In this document: positions 48,816 through 61,569 of the stretch, piece after piece | Layout: the number at the start of each line of letters is the position of its first letter | How positions within the stretch are numbered: position 1 is the stretch's first letter | From: Cycas panzhihuaensis | Lineage: Eukaryota; Plantae; Cycadophyta | Direction: 5' to 3' | NCBI GenBank assembly: GCA_023213395.1 | Contig: CM041465.1 | Coordinates: forward strand, 207,583,741-207,647,740 | Length of the DNA: 64,000 bases | The notes under the pieces: generated by a model | Told to the model about the DNA's origin: nothing | What the model saw: only the letters and a program-made list of their open reading frames with translations | The model's database searches: none | Translations under genes and position numbers: made by a program

Positions 48816-51800
48816 GACCCATGTGAGTATGCCAAAGAGCTTCTAGGGATAACTTAGGGTGTGTCAAAGTGGTATTAAAAGCAAAGTCTTCATCAGCACA
48901 AGGGCTTTGAGTACAATTAGCTTCAGAAGATGGGGAGTCATTCAACTTAAATAATTTGCTAGTAAGCTTTCCAATCAAGACCACTTGATTTGTTGGAGGG
49001 TGAATGACCTAGAGAGTTTGGTCACTTGCAGTAACACTAAGATCGAATCTATTGGAGACAAGAGTGGATAAGGATAGTAGATTTTGTTTCAGATTAGAAA
49101 TGTACAGGACATCAAGTAATGTAAAGTCTCTTAAGCCTTGGAGTTTTAGGCATATGTTTCCAATACCTTCGACTGGTTGTTGAGATTTGTCAGCCATGTG
49201 AACGACACCATATACATTGGAATCAAAAGTTTAATATTGATCCCAATTGCAGGTCATATGTTGTGTTGCTCCTGTATCCATGATCAATGAGGAGGTGTTT
49301 GAAGTTATGCTATTTGTGACTCCAAGAGGGTTTGCATTCATGATTCAAGATCACAAGTGGCATAGCCACAATAAGCTTCAAAATACCTCTTAGTTTGATC
49401 AATGGTTCTTCCCTCAAGTCTTTGAATGTGTGTTTGAGCAAAACCTACGCCACCAAGCTGTTCTTCACATGTTTCATCAACATTATAAGCCTTGTATTTT
49501 TGTTGAAATTTAGACAACTTGTATGCAAGTATACGACAATCCTTTGGAAGGTGTCATTTCCTATTGCAACTTTTGCACATGATAATCTGATTTCCAGTTC
49601 CTAAAGTACTGATTTGGCCTGATTGTCTTGCATTAAAAGGTGGTGCTTGGCCTTGAGAATATCTAGGCTGTTGTTGTTGAGGGTTTTGTTGACCTTGTGG
49701 CTGATTTCCCATATTTCTTCCTCTTCCTCTTGCTCGGTTGTTTTCTCTGCCGCGAAAGGGACCTCGATTCTTTGTGTAGCAAGTTTCTTCTTTCACCTCA
49801 AAGGTTGTATCTAGAAGAGATTCAGAGGCTACAAAGTTGGTATCAAAGGTCTTGTCAAATTCTATAAACTTATCGACAAGTGCTTCAAAGTTGAGTGTCT
49901 TCAATGTTCCACTAGATTGAAGACTTCCAAGCAAGCTTTTATAATCAGGGACATGTAGACATGATTAGATCAAGAATGCCCAAGTGATGCATTGGGTCTT
50001 AAAATCTTTGTCAATTGCTTGTTTTATTGGTCGAAGGAGATTTATTATCTCATGAGGTCATCCCTTTTGCATTTTTTATTTGTTCATTTTTAGAACAAGA
50101 TGAACAAATTCTAAGTTTGACTTGCTATTAAAGTTCTTCTTGAGAACTTCAAGGACCTTCCAGGCTATATCATGTTACTCTTCGTCAATCAAATTGTGCA
50201 AGAAGTGATCAATAACCAAAAAAATTCCTGCACGAATCTTTTCATCATCTATCTCCATTGTAATTTAGCTGCAGGATCTGCTAGAGCTACGGGTGGCATT
50301 CCTCTAGAGGCAAGTGTCGTAGCTTACAGATGAGCTCTCCAAAGGCCTTCATACTTAACAACATTCTTAACTCCAGTATACCATATATCCCAATTGTTTT
50401 TCCCTTTTAAGATGATGTTTACATTCTGCTTAAATTGAGAAGACATAGTGAAGATGATGAAGTAAAAGAGATAGTGAAGAAATAGTAAACAAAAATGCTA
50501 CTTACAGGTGTGGCTGGTACACCTAGTGCAACAGGGAGAAATATGATTAAGCAACAAGCAATGATAATAGGCCACTAACACTTGTGGCAAATACTTCTGA
50601 CGCAATAGGGTTTGATGATGTGTACAAATGGCTATATAATGATCACAAAGATAAATGATGTGTCATGTGATGATAAAATCAAGATTATGCTCATGTAGAA
50701 GCTGGCATGTGGGTGTACACAACTAAAAAACCAAGTCAGATGTAGGATATGTGATCAAACCTAAATCTTTATCTCAAGTCCAAAGTAGTTGAGATGCTGA
50801 TGCCTAAGGGGGCTTCTAGTATACGTATAAGGGCCTTCACCCACAATACCTGCACCTGCACTTGGTGATGAAATCCAAGTCACAGTGGAGCCCAAATACT
50901 CCCAGTTCACCATTGAGCAGCTATATACCTCCTCCGAAAAGTCAAACGGTACATGTGTATCCCACAGCTATGACGGATATTGGATCGAGTATATTTTAAT
51001 CTTGATTAAAGTTTTCAATTTTCCGGGTGGTTATCAGAATTATCTCTGATTGGAGGCCGTAGGGATGGCTAACCTATCCCTCCACCACTATTCCGGTTAA
51101 GATCAGACCCAGTATGAAACTCACACCTCCCTTAGGGCCCAGACTTCGGCCAAGTGTGGTCTATTTCAACCAAGGCGAGTGTGCGCACAAGTCAAGAATT
51201 GGCAATATAAGTCGTACGGATGAGATTTCTTTTAGGAAATAATGCAAGTTGTTTCCAAATAACTTGAACTGAAACTGAAATGGAAAGATGTCAAATGTGC
51301 TTGCTTGCCTTCTGCGTTTGCTTTGTTGTTGTTGCTGCTTTATGCTATTTGTAGAAATAGAAAGAGCGTGCTAAATTTAGCAGGGGAACCAGATGTTGCT
51401 GTCGATCCAAGGTTTCCCTTGTTTTAATACAATGTTTCAAAATATTTTTTTGGAAATTTCAATACAAAAGCCACAAAGGGCCAAAAGGTGGATCAGCTTA
51501 CTGTTAAAATGCTGATTTTTCTAAATCAAAATGCATACTATTTTGCCTTATTTTTTGATTTTTTTTTACAAAGTTTACAAATAATAATAAATAGACAAAA
51601 TTTTCTAAAAATTATAAATATGGAGGCCTAAATGATGGAATTTGAATGTATGGCAAAAGAAAAAAGTGTTTAGAATGTTGTTTTTGATAAGATAGTGAAG
51701 TCAGATTTCTGAAAAGACATAAAAACTTTTTGCTAAAAAAAAACACAAAAGTTGAATCTTGCCATATTCATTGTCTCAGAATCCAAACTCCAATATGTCA

Positions 51801-52796
51801 ACAGCTTTATCTTGACACGTACATCAACTTTTCTTTCTGCATCATCTCCAAAAACGGCCAAAAAATTGCCCAAAATGCCCTCGCAACGTTGTTTGTGGGG
51901 TTGAAGAGGCAAATTCAACATTTGTCAGAAAACTGCAAATATCTCATTAACCGGTAGATGAAATTTGATGAGATCTGTCTCAGAATGCTTCTGAGATATA
52001 AATTTACTAGATCCTTCAAAAAATTTTCAAATTTTCAGTTTATATTTAAAGGATTTTATTGCGAAAAGTGCATTAAATCACTCATCCGCAAATTTTGATC
52101 TTTTGTTTCAGCCAAAACTGGTTGTTGTAGGCTGAATCTGAAGTTACTCCAGAAGACAAAAATGATCCTCTTGGTAAGGCGACCCTATATGTCAAATTTC
52201 ATCAAAATCTAAGATAATCAAAATTTTCATAAAATTTTAGGCCTTCAATGCTTCCAAGGTTGTTTCAACAACCAAACGGCTTCAAAAGTCTGTCTTTTTC
52301 ACCTCTGAAATTCTACACGCATAGAAAAAATAGCATCATATAAAATAATATAATTTTAAGCTCTCTAATACAAAAGAAAGTTTTCAAATAAACTCTCAAC
52401 CTCACATGAATTGTGAGTGAGAGGCATTAATGGCTCCGTACAAGCTTATTGAGGAAATGTGGCCAACAATGGCTCTGATAACATTTGTTGGCTAAAGGAT
52501 CTGGTTGCCAGATTCCACTACACTAAAGCAATGGCACATAATAAGAACAAAATGAAGAGAACAAGATTAAGAGCAAAAATGAGAGGTGAGAATTATTACT
52601 TTCCCTTTCACATTTAGTGTTATATATCAGGGGATGTGCATTAGGGTTTCCAAAGGAGTTTCTTGCCTAATAACATGATCCCGAAATTACACTTAAATAT
52701 AAATGAAATTACATTTAACTATGTGACTTAACTAACCTAAAGTCATCTTCATATAATCAATCTAATGACCTTGATGCATTAACATCCATCACCCAC

Positions 52797-53786
52797 AACA
52801 TCTGCCCACTTGAATCTTTGACGATCGTTCTATCTTCATAGCGCATGGTTTGTGTTTTGCCCTAAATGTTCCACAACTTTACGAGTTGCTAATCTTATGC
52901 CCCTTGACTTTAGTCTTGGTATCATGGCTACAACTCAACTGCATTCGCAGGCCCTATAAATTGTCCTTCAAAATCTTGGCTCCTCAGCCATCTTCTGCAT
53001 GAGTGTTTTTGCCCCAAACATCCCATGATTACTTGTTCGACCCCCTTGATACCCTCTTTTTCTTTTTTTCTTAATTCAAATTGGATTTAAATTGCGAAAC
53101 CTCCAACAATATTTGCTTGACCATAACAAATTTTGAATTTTAAGTTTTAAATAGGCATATTGAATCCTCATTAAACTTTTGCTCTCAATAGCTTATGAAC
53201 ACCAACAACAAATCCAACACCCTACCACAGAAAATTTCCACCAGAATTTCCCTCTCCACCTCCCCCTCCCCCTAAAAAAAAGAAAAACAAAAAAAACCAC
53301 TGCAACATGCCTGGAATTTAATGATGCCCTAGGGCTGCAACTCCTACATTTGACTTTCCAGCTTGAGAAACATCTTTTTCTTCAAATTCTAGAGACTCAG
53401 ACTAGCTCAACAAACCCTAGAAACAAGCCCCACTTGTTTGTATAATTAGTAGATCTAGCTCTCCTCTCACAAATTGGCTCTGATACCAAATGTGACTAAA
53501 TTAAAATGAGCTAAGAATAGTATTGCACACTGATTGTTCCTAGTGGAATTGGTCCACCTCATTATTAATCCTCAATGCTTTGTATAATTCACGCTCAGTA
53601 ACAATCCAATAGGCATATAGCACCCTTGAAACCTGTCACGCATTCATTAAAGGAATATGTAATTGTCCTAAACACTTGTCATCCATCAAGGGATGACTTT
53701 TATGACTTACCAAACTTAGCCTAAGGACGTATTAGGACCTATGACATTAAGCTATGACCCTAATACTGTAAACATTAATTCTAACA
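52797..53786 (-). mobile_element. 5' LTR (53491-53786), tRNA-Met PBS and leader of a truncated element that hosts the 45235-52791 insertion
   Basis: gctctgatacca at 53477-53488 next to TGTGAC...CTAACA; no partner LTR seen. Confidence 0.7.
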
Positions 53787-54021
53787 TATATAGCCATACG
53801 GACTTGTGGGACAAAACAATTTTAGGAGGAGAACTAGACCAAGAATTCTAGGGGTGGTTTGTTATTACAAAACTGCCCCATAAACCATTGCATAACTCGA
53901 AATATTATGAAAAAAATTATTTAAAAATAAGAAACCCTAGTTGCATGTTAGTTTTTACAATTTTTTGGTGGAGAAAAATGCAGGAAACCTATAGAGATGA
54001 GCATTCAGCTCTAACATCGAT

Positions 54022-57000
54022 TGATGATGGAAACAACCTAAGATCTCTAGGAGAGGGAGTATGCTAGCACAAAAGATGATTAGCATTACAATAAACAACA
54101 CTATAAAGAAGAGTAATGAAGTAATGAAAAACTCAATGAAGCAAGCATATGAAGAACTTAAAATATGGAGGAGTAGGAATTGAACCTCACTTCAAATAAA
54201 CAAGATTAACTTGTATTCAAAATAACAGCATAACAATACAAGACTCACTCACCATATGCGATACATGAGAATTGGTCTTAATATATAGAGATGGAGGAGA
54301 GACCTTAGGGGACTTGATGTTTGACAAGTGTCAAACATCCAAGCCATGCCTTTTGCATGTGAGACAAGTGTCCCTTAAGCTCTCTTGTGAGCAAAAGCGC
54401 ATAAGGGGTAAATTGACCGTCAAGTCACAACATCGTACTACTAGAAAGAATGTCGGTGTGTACTTTATCACACTAGTTGGTAAAGCACCCTTACATAAAA
54501 TATATTACATTATAATATAAAATACATTACTTAACATTTAAACATAAAGGTCTAACACCTGCCTTAATGTTTACAATGTTAAGTTCAACACCAATGTGTT
54601 GCACTAACCAAGAGGTTGCTCCAAAAATTCCTCCATTGCAGAGTCATCGTTGAGAAAGGCATTCATCATCATCATTTGATGGATTGGCCATTTGCATTGA
54701 GTAGTTTGGGCCAATGTTGATTTAACGATGTTCATATTTGTCCTAGGTGCAAAGGTTGCTCCATACTCAAAGCCTTCTTTCTGTCTAAATCCTTTGGCCA
54801 CCTATCGAGCTTTGTGTTGCTCGATAGAACCGTCAGATCGAAATTTGGTTTTATGTCTCCTTTTGCATTTGTTTGCCTGATTCCTATTAGGCAATTTTAC
54901 CAAATCTGAAATTTCATTCTTTGTAATAAAATGGTTTTCCATGGCAACTTTCCACTTTTCATTTTTACTAGGCTCCTCAAAAATAGAAGGCTCATCAACA
55001 CAAAGTATATTAGTCATAAGTGCATAATTGACTAATTGTTGCTGCATTTTAGATGGACATTTTCTTTTTATGACTTGTACATCCTGTACTATCTAAGTAT
55101 ACCATTTGGGCAACTTCTTCATGGATGTAACTTGAACATCAACATTTTGGGTCTATAATGGTTGATCAACCTTAAAAGCACTACCAGGGTTAAGAGGTGT
55201 TGCTGATGAAGATGGAGTAGAAGTAGACGAAGAAGTGACGGGAGTAAAAGATGAGCATGGTCTAGAAGATTGTGAGGTAAGAAAATCCTCAACAATTTGT
55301 TTGCCTTTATCAAGAGGAAGATGGATGGATGCATGTTCCATTTCCTTATTATCTTCAGCAAAGATTACATCTCTAGATATGTGCATTTTCTTGGTAGTGG
55401 GATCATAGACTCTGTATGCTTTGCTGCTAATAAAGTAACCAACGAAAATGCATTTTAGACTTTTATTGTCTAATTTTGTCCTTTATTGTTAGGGAATGTG
55501 CATATAAGTAGTGCACCCAAAAGTCCTCAAATGGTTCATAGTTGGCGTTTTGCCAGACCAAGTCTCCTTTGGTATCACATTGGTGACTGTTGTAGTAGGT
55601 CTCCTACTGGCCACATAAGTTGTTGTATAAAATGCTTCTACCTAATAGGATAATGGAAGCCCTTTTGCATGCATCATTACTTTGGCTTTGCTTGCCAAAG
55701 TCTTGTTCATCCTCTCAGTGACTCCATTTTGTTGAAGTGTGTATGGAGCAATGAGTTATTACTTGATCCCATTATCTCTACAAAACTGGTTCAATTCTCT
55801 TGAAGTAAATTCATCTCCATCGTTAGACTGTAATATTTTGATCGGCAGATCTGGTTCATTTTCCACAAGAAGTTTGAATTGTTGGAATTTTTCCAAAACT
55901 TCAAATTTATGTTTGATGAAATAAACCCAAACTTTGTGTGAAAAGTCATCAATGAGTGATATAATAAATTGCTCCTCCAAGAAATAGTGCGGACATAGAC
56001 CCACATAAATCTGTATGTACCAGCTGCAAGGGTCGTGATGCACGCCATGCTTTGCCTTTAGGAAAATGCTTTGAATGTTGTTTCCCCATGATACATGCCT
56101 CACAAAGACATTTAGATGTAGAAATCTTTGGAAGCCCATACACCATGCTTTTGTTAAACATTATTTTGATGTTGTCTAGGGTCAAGTGGCCTAGCCTATT
56201 ATGCCGAAGTTGCTCTTTGGTCAATGACCATGAAACAAATAATACAGGAGAAGTATCAAGTGTTATGTTTGAAGCATCCAATTTATAAAGTCCATGGTTT
56301 TCATAACCAATGGCAATCACTTGGATCATTCATGTCACCAACAGTGCATTTTCCCCCTTAAACAGACCACTTATCTATTGCTTGTCCAATTGGCTAATAG
56401 ATAGAAGGCTTTTGTGCATTGAAGGCACTAAATAAGCATTACTTATGGGAAATGTTGAAGAAGGGCGATTTGGTGAGTGGAAAGAGAAAATTTTGCCCAT
56501 CCTAGATATTTGTACAATTTCATAGTTGCCGAAGGTGATTGTTTGCCCATTTCCTTGTTTAACATCATAAAGCAAGTCCTTGTCACCGATCATATGACAG
56601 GATGTTCCTAAATCAACAATTCAAGTGCTATTACTATTTGTGGTGTGATAAGCACAAAATAATTTGTCTTCACCATCAACAAACTGATTAGCATGGTGTT
56701 GATTGCCACCTCTAAATGCCCCCTTTCCACTGTGACCTCAAAATTCACCTTGATTTGGTCTATGAAGGGGTTGTTGTTGTTGTTACTGCTGCATGTCAAA
56801 CTGACGCTTCCAACACTCTTCTTGAATGTGGCCCTTTTTACCATAATAATGGCAATAAACACTAGCTTTTGATGGGCCAATATTTAAGTTCTAAACTGTT
56901 TGTTGATGTTTGGTTTGAGAGTTTGTTTGCCCTTATACTTGACCGTGAATGCTCCTAATGTAGATGGTTCACCTTGTCAAGAGTAGATTTGCTCCTCTCA

Positions 57001-58791
57001 CAATAGTAGACTTTCAAGTTGAATGAAAGTCATTGTGCTAAGTGTGCATCCTTATGTCATAAAATAAATGAAGTTGTTGTACTTCCTTGGTAATGCACGA
57101 AACGTGGCAGTCATAAGGTCTTCATTGGAAGCCAATTTACCAAGTGTCGTCAACTCATTGTTGATCTCTTTGATTGAAGACAAGCTCAATAAAAATCAAA
57201 GTAAATAATTTTCCTTTTGTCATTACAATGCAAGCATCATCTCGCCTTTCATACAAAGCACTTAAAGTATCCCAAGCTTCTTTAGAAGTAGAAGCACATG
57301 TAATATTTTAATCCACAACAATATCCACAATCATATGAAGAAATGCTAAGGCTATTTCATCCTTAGCTTCCAAAGCATCCAACCAAAACAAGATCAGGAT
57401 AGATGATTACATCTCTATCTCTTGGGTTTTCAATAGGAATAGGCTTGGGACTTTTACCAGATACATATATCCAAAATTCATTCATAATCAACAAATTTTT
57501 TGTTTGTTTCTTCTATTCTTGAAAGTTGTCTTGTTAATTTAATATGGCTTACATTGAGCATGTTAATGGATGGCATTATGTTAAAGTTATTTTTAAAAAA
57601 TGCTTTTGAAGTTAACAAATAACTTGAAGACTCAAGGTTTTTGTTGTTTAAGTTCCACCTTCTAACACGCCAACAACCCTGATCTTATAAAGAAGATCCA
57701 ACAATTGAAGAGAGTGATGAGAGATGGAGGGCTAGGCAATGAGCTAGTCCAAGTCTGATTTTTCAAATAGATCCAATAGTTGGCTAAGTCAAATTCAGAA
57801 CAAGCGAGGTAGCGTTAATCTGCATGACCATACTGTGCATTCATTGAAATCCACAGCTCCAATAACACCCTTTTCAAACTTCCTTTTCTTCAAGAATGAT
57901 TTTAATCGTTGTGTATTAACCAAACAGTCGATTGATTCCCTATGGAATGCACCAAGCTTGATATATAGAGGCAAAGTTTGAACCTTTCTCAGGCATCTTT
58001 AACAAATATTTTAAATAATTTTTAAGGGTTTAAGTTGATTAAAATAAATTGCTTAAGTATGATGACACTATTGTTTTATAAATGTTTGAAAAACTTCATA
58101 CAAAAGGCTCCAAAAAGAAGCTACTTGAGTGTTAAAAGAAGCACTTTAAGTGTTTTACAAGAGCACTTAAAAATTGAAAAAGGTACCAAGTGCCATATGA
58201 AAAAATGCTTGCTTGCTTGTTGTGCTTGAAGTGGGTTCATTTTTAAGTGAATGAATATCCATTAAATGCCACTTTTAATCACATGTGCCAAGTAAACACA
58301 CCACCAAGACAATGTTAAGACTTTAAATAGCCCTAACTCACTCCAAAATAAGTGATTTTATATTTAAAAAATTGATATTTAGGCCCTTCTTAATGATTAG
58401 GGCAAGAAGATCACCATGTAGAGAGCCTTAAAAACACCTTGTGCAATGTGAATTTATCACTACAAGTATAAAACATTGACTAAAATCACTTGCTTTTAAG
58501 TCAAATAACACACACAATTTTTTTTGGTGTGTTAATGAGCTTAAAAAATTTAAAAAAGGTTGAAATTTCACTTTAAAATGATTAAAATATGATTTAAAAA
58601 CACTTAGAATCAAAACTTCGAGAAAATAAAGTTAATGAAATGTGAATTATGCTTGGAATATTCCAAATAACATATCCTAAAGTTTATTTTTTAATGTTAT
58701 CAATCAAAAATTTTCTTCGTAACTCGAATTGGCGACGATCATGGGCAAAAAATTGAATGTGCAACCAAGAATATCAATCAAATGGAGCACT
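54022..58791 (-). mobile_element. copia element (family of 1-2023 and 34394-45035), most of RT/RNaseH deleted; leader interrupted by gypsy
   Basis: 3' LTR ~54022-54557; RT jumps to RNaseH tail near 54600; INT 55360-56250; gag 56700-57580; leader similar to 43300-44450. Confidence 0.87.
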
Positions 58792-59603
58792 TGTTGACTT
58801 GGGAGATTATCTTATTACACTTATGAGATAAACACACTTGTCAATTGCACAGATTATAGTCTAGTTAAGGATACAGTCAACATATCATCACAGAAAGTAC
58901 ACATACTCCTTCTTAACTTCATACCACATAGCATAATCATGCAATAACACGTAATTGATACACATTCAGCCATATAACACATACAATATCAATTCCACGT
59001 AACTCTTCTTTCCATTAAGCAATAAGTTTGATTACACAGAGGGTTGGAATGCATTCCTGTGCATTCCAACAAAGATACACACTGTTACATGTGTATCCGG
59101 TGGTACTCATCATTATACACGGCTCAATTGGGTCATCATACGTCGGCATACGCACCATTGCGTACCCTGAATATTCAACTCTCACCCTAACCGAATGCTC
59201 CTTGCGAGCTTCCTTAAATGTGCCTCTTCGTACCTTTTTGGCTGAAGGGTTATAACTGTCTGTCATAACCGTACCCCTCCAGTCAAGCATACCTTTTCAT
59301 TAATCATTGGTTACACCTTAACCAATGCCTTAATCATGTCCGACGTCTGCTCAGTATGTCCGGCAACTCCCAGCTCCCACGGTCCCGTCTTTGTTATCGT
59401 CGCTTGCCTATTTTCGTTACGCCGATGGTGCGTATCGTGTTGCGTGCCTGTTCAGTGCGCTTTGTCATACGTACCTGCATCTTTGGTTTTTTCCACTGTT
59501 TTCCCTCGTGCGTACCTCCGTACAGTCTGTACCTGCACATCCAGGGTTATCCAGCCTACCTCTGGTCTTCCAACAACCATATGATCCAAAATATACCCCA
59601 ACA
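58792..59603 (-). repeat. 3' LTR of gypsy element (~812 bp)
   Basis: TGTTG...TCAACA termini; breakpoint in host copia leader at 58791; similar end and size to solo LTR 30726-31496. Confidence 0.75.
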
Positions 59604-59734
59604 TCTATCCTAGGTCAATAGTATGGGTTTGAACATCCTTGCTCAATAAAATTCCAAAAAATTTTCAAAATTTGGGGTATTCCTCCCCTCATTGTCTCAA
59701 GGTCTCCTGCCGCCTCTGTCTCTTGAGTCTCATC

Positions 59735-60781
59735 TTGTCGCTAAGATCTCCTCATTAATTTGTGTTAATGTAGCAATTATAGCATCTTTTTCCTTAATTT
59801 TATCTTGAAGGGCAGCTATCTCGGCTTTGTACCCTTCCTCCATTTCTTGAATAAGCTAAATGATATGTCCTGATTTATTATTTGGTGGGGGAGGTGCTGA
59901 GGCTTCACCTGCTTCCATTGTCGGAGGGAAGTCTTCCCATTCTTCCCAGAAAGCTTCTGCTTCTTCTTCCTCCTCCCCTTTCTTCTGTTTACCTCTTTTG
60001 TGGACAGCTTGCTTTGTCCGATGCAAAATAAGTGTTCCTGGTGTTTGCTGCAACCAGGTGAGTACCTTATTCATTTATTTTTGAACTCTTCTTTTTGCTT
60101 CCAGGTTGTGAATTGAATTCGGGAATTCTGCCACCCACTGTTTTATGATAGGTTCCCTCAGAGAAATGGTGGTTCTCGTTAACCGAACCTCCAGACATTG
60201 ATAAAATAAGATGGCCAATAATAAGGAGGGATGTCGAAAAGGATGTATCATGATCTCCTTAATTTGCTGCCTCATATTTTCTGCCAAAAATTCGAACCAA
60301 TTCATTTTTTCTCCATCCTGAATTTTTAATAATACTGGCATCATACCTCCTGGAATGTATGTATACTTCCATTTTGACAAAAATCTTGAATTTATAACTT
60401 TCGCTATCCACTGAAGTCTGACATCCATAATATCTGCCACACGAATTCCACCAGACATTATCTAAGTATTTTCTTAGCATAACTCTCTTAACCACATTTC
60501 GCGGTCGACTTCTGACCTCTTGGTAACTAGGGGGATTTCCCCTTCATTCGGAAGTTTTGTTATTGTGTGAATTATCTCCGCATCCATCTTGACCTTCCTG
60601 CTATCTTTTTAAGTGCTAACAGGATCTGGTCCATGAGTTCTGGGTCATAATACATAGGATTACAGTAAATGTAGTCTCCCCATCCTACTTGTCTTACCTT
60701 GGTTTGGAATTGAGATGGTAAAGCTTGTAATTCCTGTTTAAGCTTTGGTATAAAAGCCTCTTGGCATCCTACTGTCCTCAT
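59735..60781 (-). pseudogene. extra sense ORF between integrase and 3' LTR (env-position ORF, ~340 aa, interrupted)
   Basis: consecutive ORF pieces 60572-61042, 60075-60458 and 59856-60074 join via frameshifts and stops; acidic/Pro stretch and coiled-coil-like end (EIAALQDKIKEKD). Confidence 0.65.
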
Positions 60782-60979
60782 ATTGGCTGTGGAATTCCGT
60801 AGATAGTTGTAATAACCAAAGAGTGCAAATAGGAACCCTACGTGCATACCTTTTGGGTATGGTTTGCAGTTTCCTTGAAATATTGTGCCGCAATGCGTAC
60901 CGTATTCACTTTTCCGTCTTCCAGGGTCGTACGGGTGTCCTTCAGCTACTTGGCAGAAAAATTCGGGGTCGATTCGTTC

Positions 60980-61330
60980 GTCATTTTCCGCTGCGTACCT
61001 CACAGGAATGCTGGCAGGTACGTAATGTTTTGTCTTATTCATTGTTTTGTCTTATACGTGCTTATTGGTACGTATAATGTTATTCACTTTTCACTGTGCG
61101 TACTCAACTGTGTACTTCTTAGGTACGTTTGATGTAACCGGGTAACTTAGGCTTCCTTTACACTATGCGTACCCGACTGCGTACTTTTCAGGTACGTATA
61201 GTATAATTTTATTCAATTTTTGAACTATGTGTACTGGACTGTGTTTCCCTGGTACGTATAGTGTAATTTTTGTAATTTGGTCATTTTTTTAACTGTGCGT
61301 GCCTGGTAGCATACCTTTTTGGTACGTAAA
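60980..61330. repeat. degenerate ~55-70 bp tandem repeats (act.tgcgtac...ggtacgta)
   Basis: about five units, each with one or more GTAC motifs and a terminal GGTACGT. Confidence 0.75.
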
Positions 61331-61569
61331 ATATATTTTCTTTGTATGCTTCTGAATTTTCCTCTAAATTTTTTTTTTTTTTTCCAGTTTATAATCATCA
61401 TGCTATTGCTTATGTATGTGATGAGTTACGGTTGTTTTTTTTCTATTTTTTCCTTTTTTTTTCGTATCCATACCGAACTGGATCATGTTTCGGTATCAAG
61501 GCAACCATTCTGCCTCAATTCATGCAACACGTTATGGTACAACCAAATTACCTACCGGTAACTTGCCTA

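Larger units (their letters stand above)
45235..52791 (-). mobile_element. full-length degenerate copia with ~2 kb leader and ~430 bp 3' UTR
   Basis: LTRs 45235-45558 and 52486-52791; perfect TSD CCCAC; PBS gctctgataaca 52472-52483; PPT AAGGGAGAG; gag 49554-50447, INT 48144-48815, RT/RH 45989-47470. Confidence 0.95.

Noticed and set aside
54008-54021. PBS-like gctctaacatcga next to the LTR at 54022 (tandem element)
   Set aside because: Too degenerate, and the following sequence does not clearly match the family leader
59015-59621. several short ORFs
   Set aside because: They lie inside the LTR, overlap in multiple frames and have no motifs
60980-61330. CRISPR-like array
   Set aside because: Degenerate repeats without unique spacers, in a eukaryotic TE context with no cas genes
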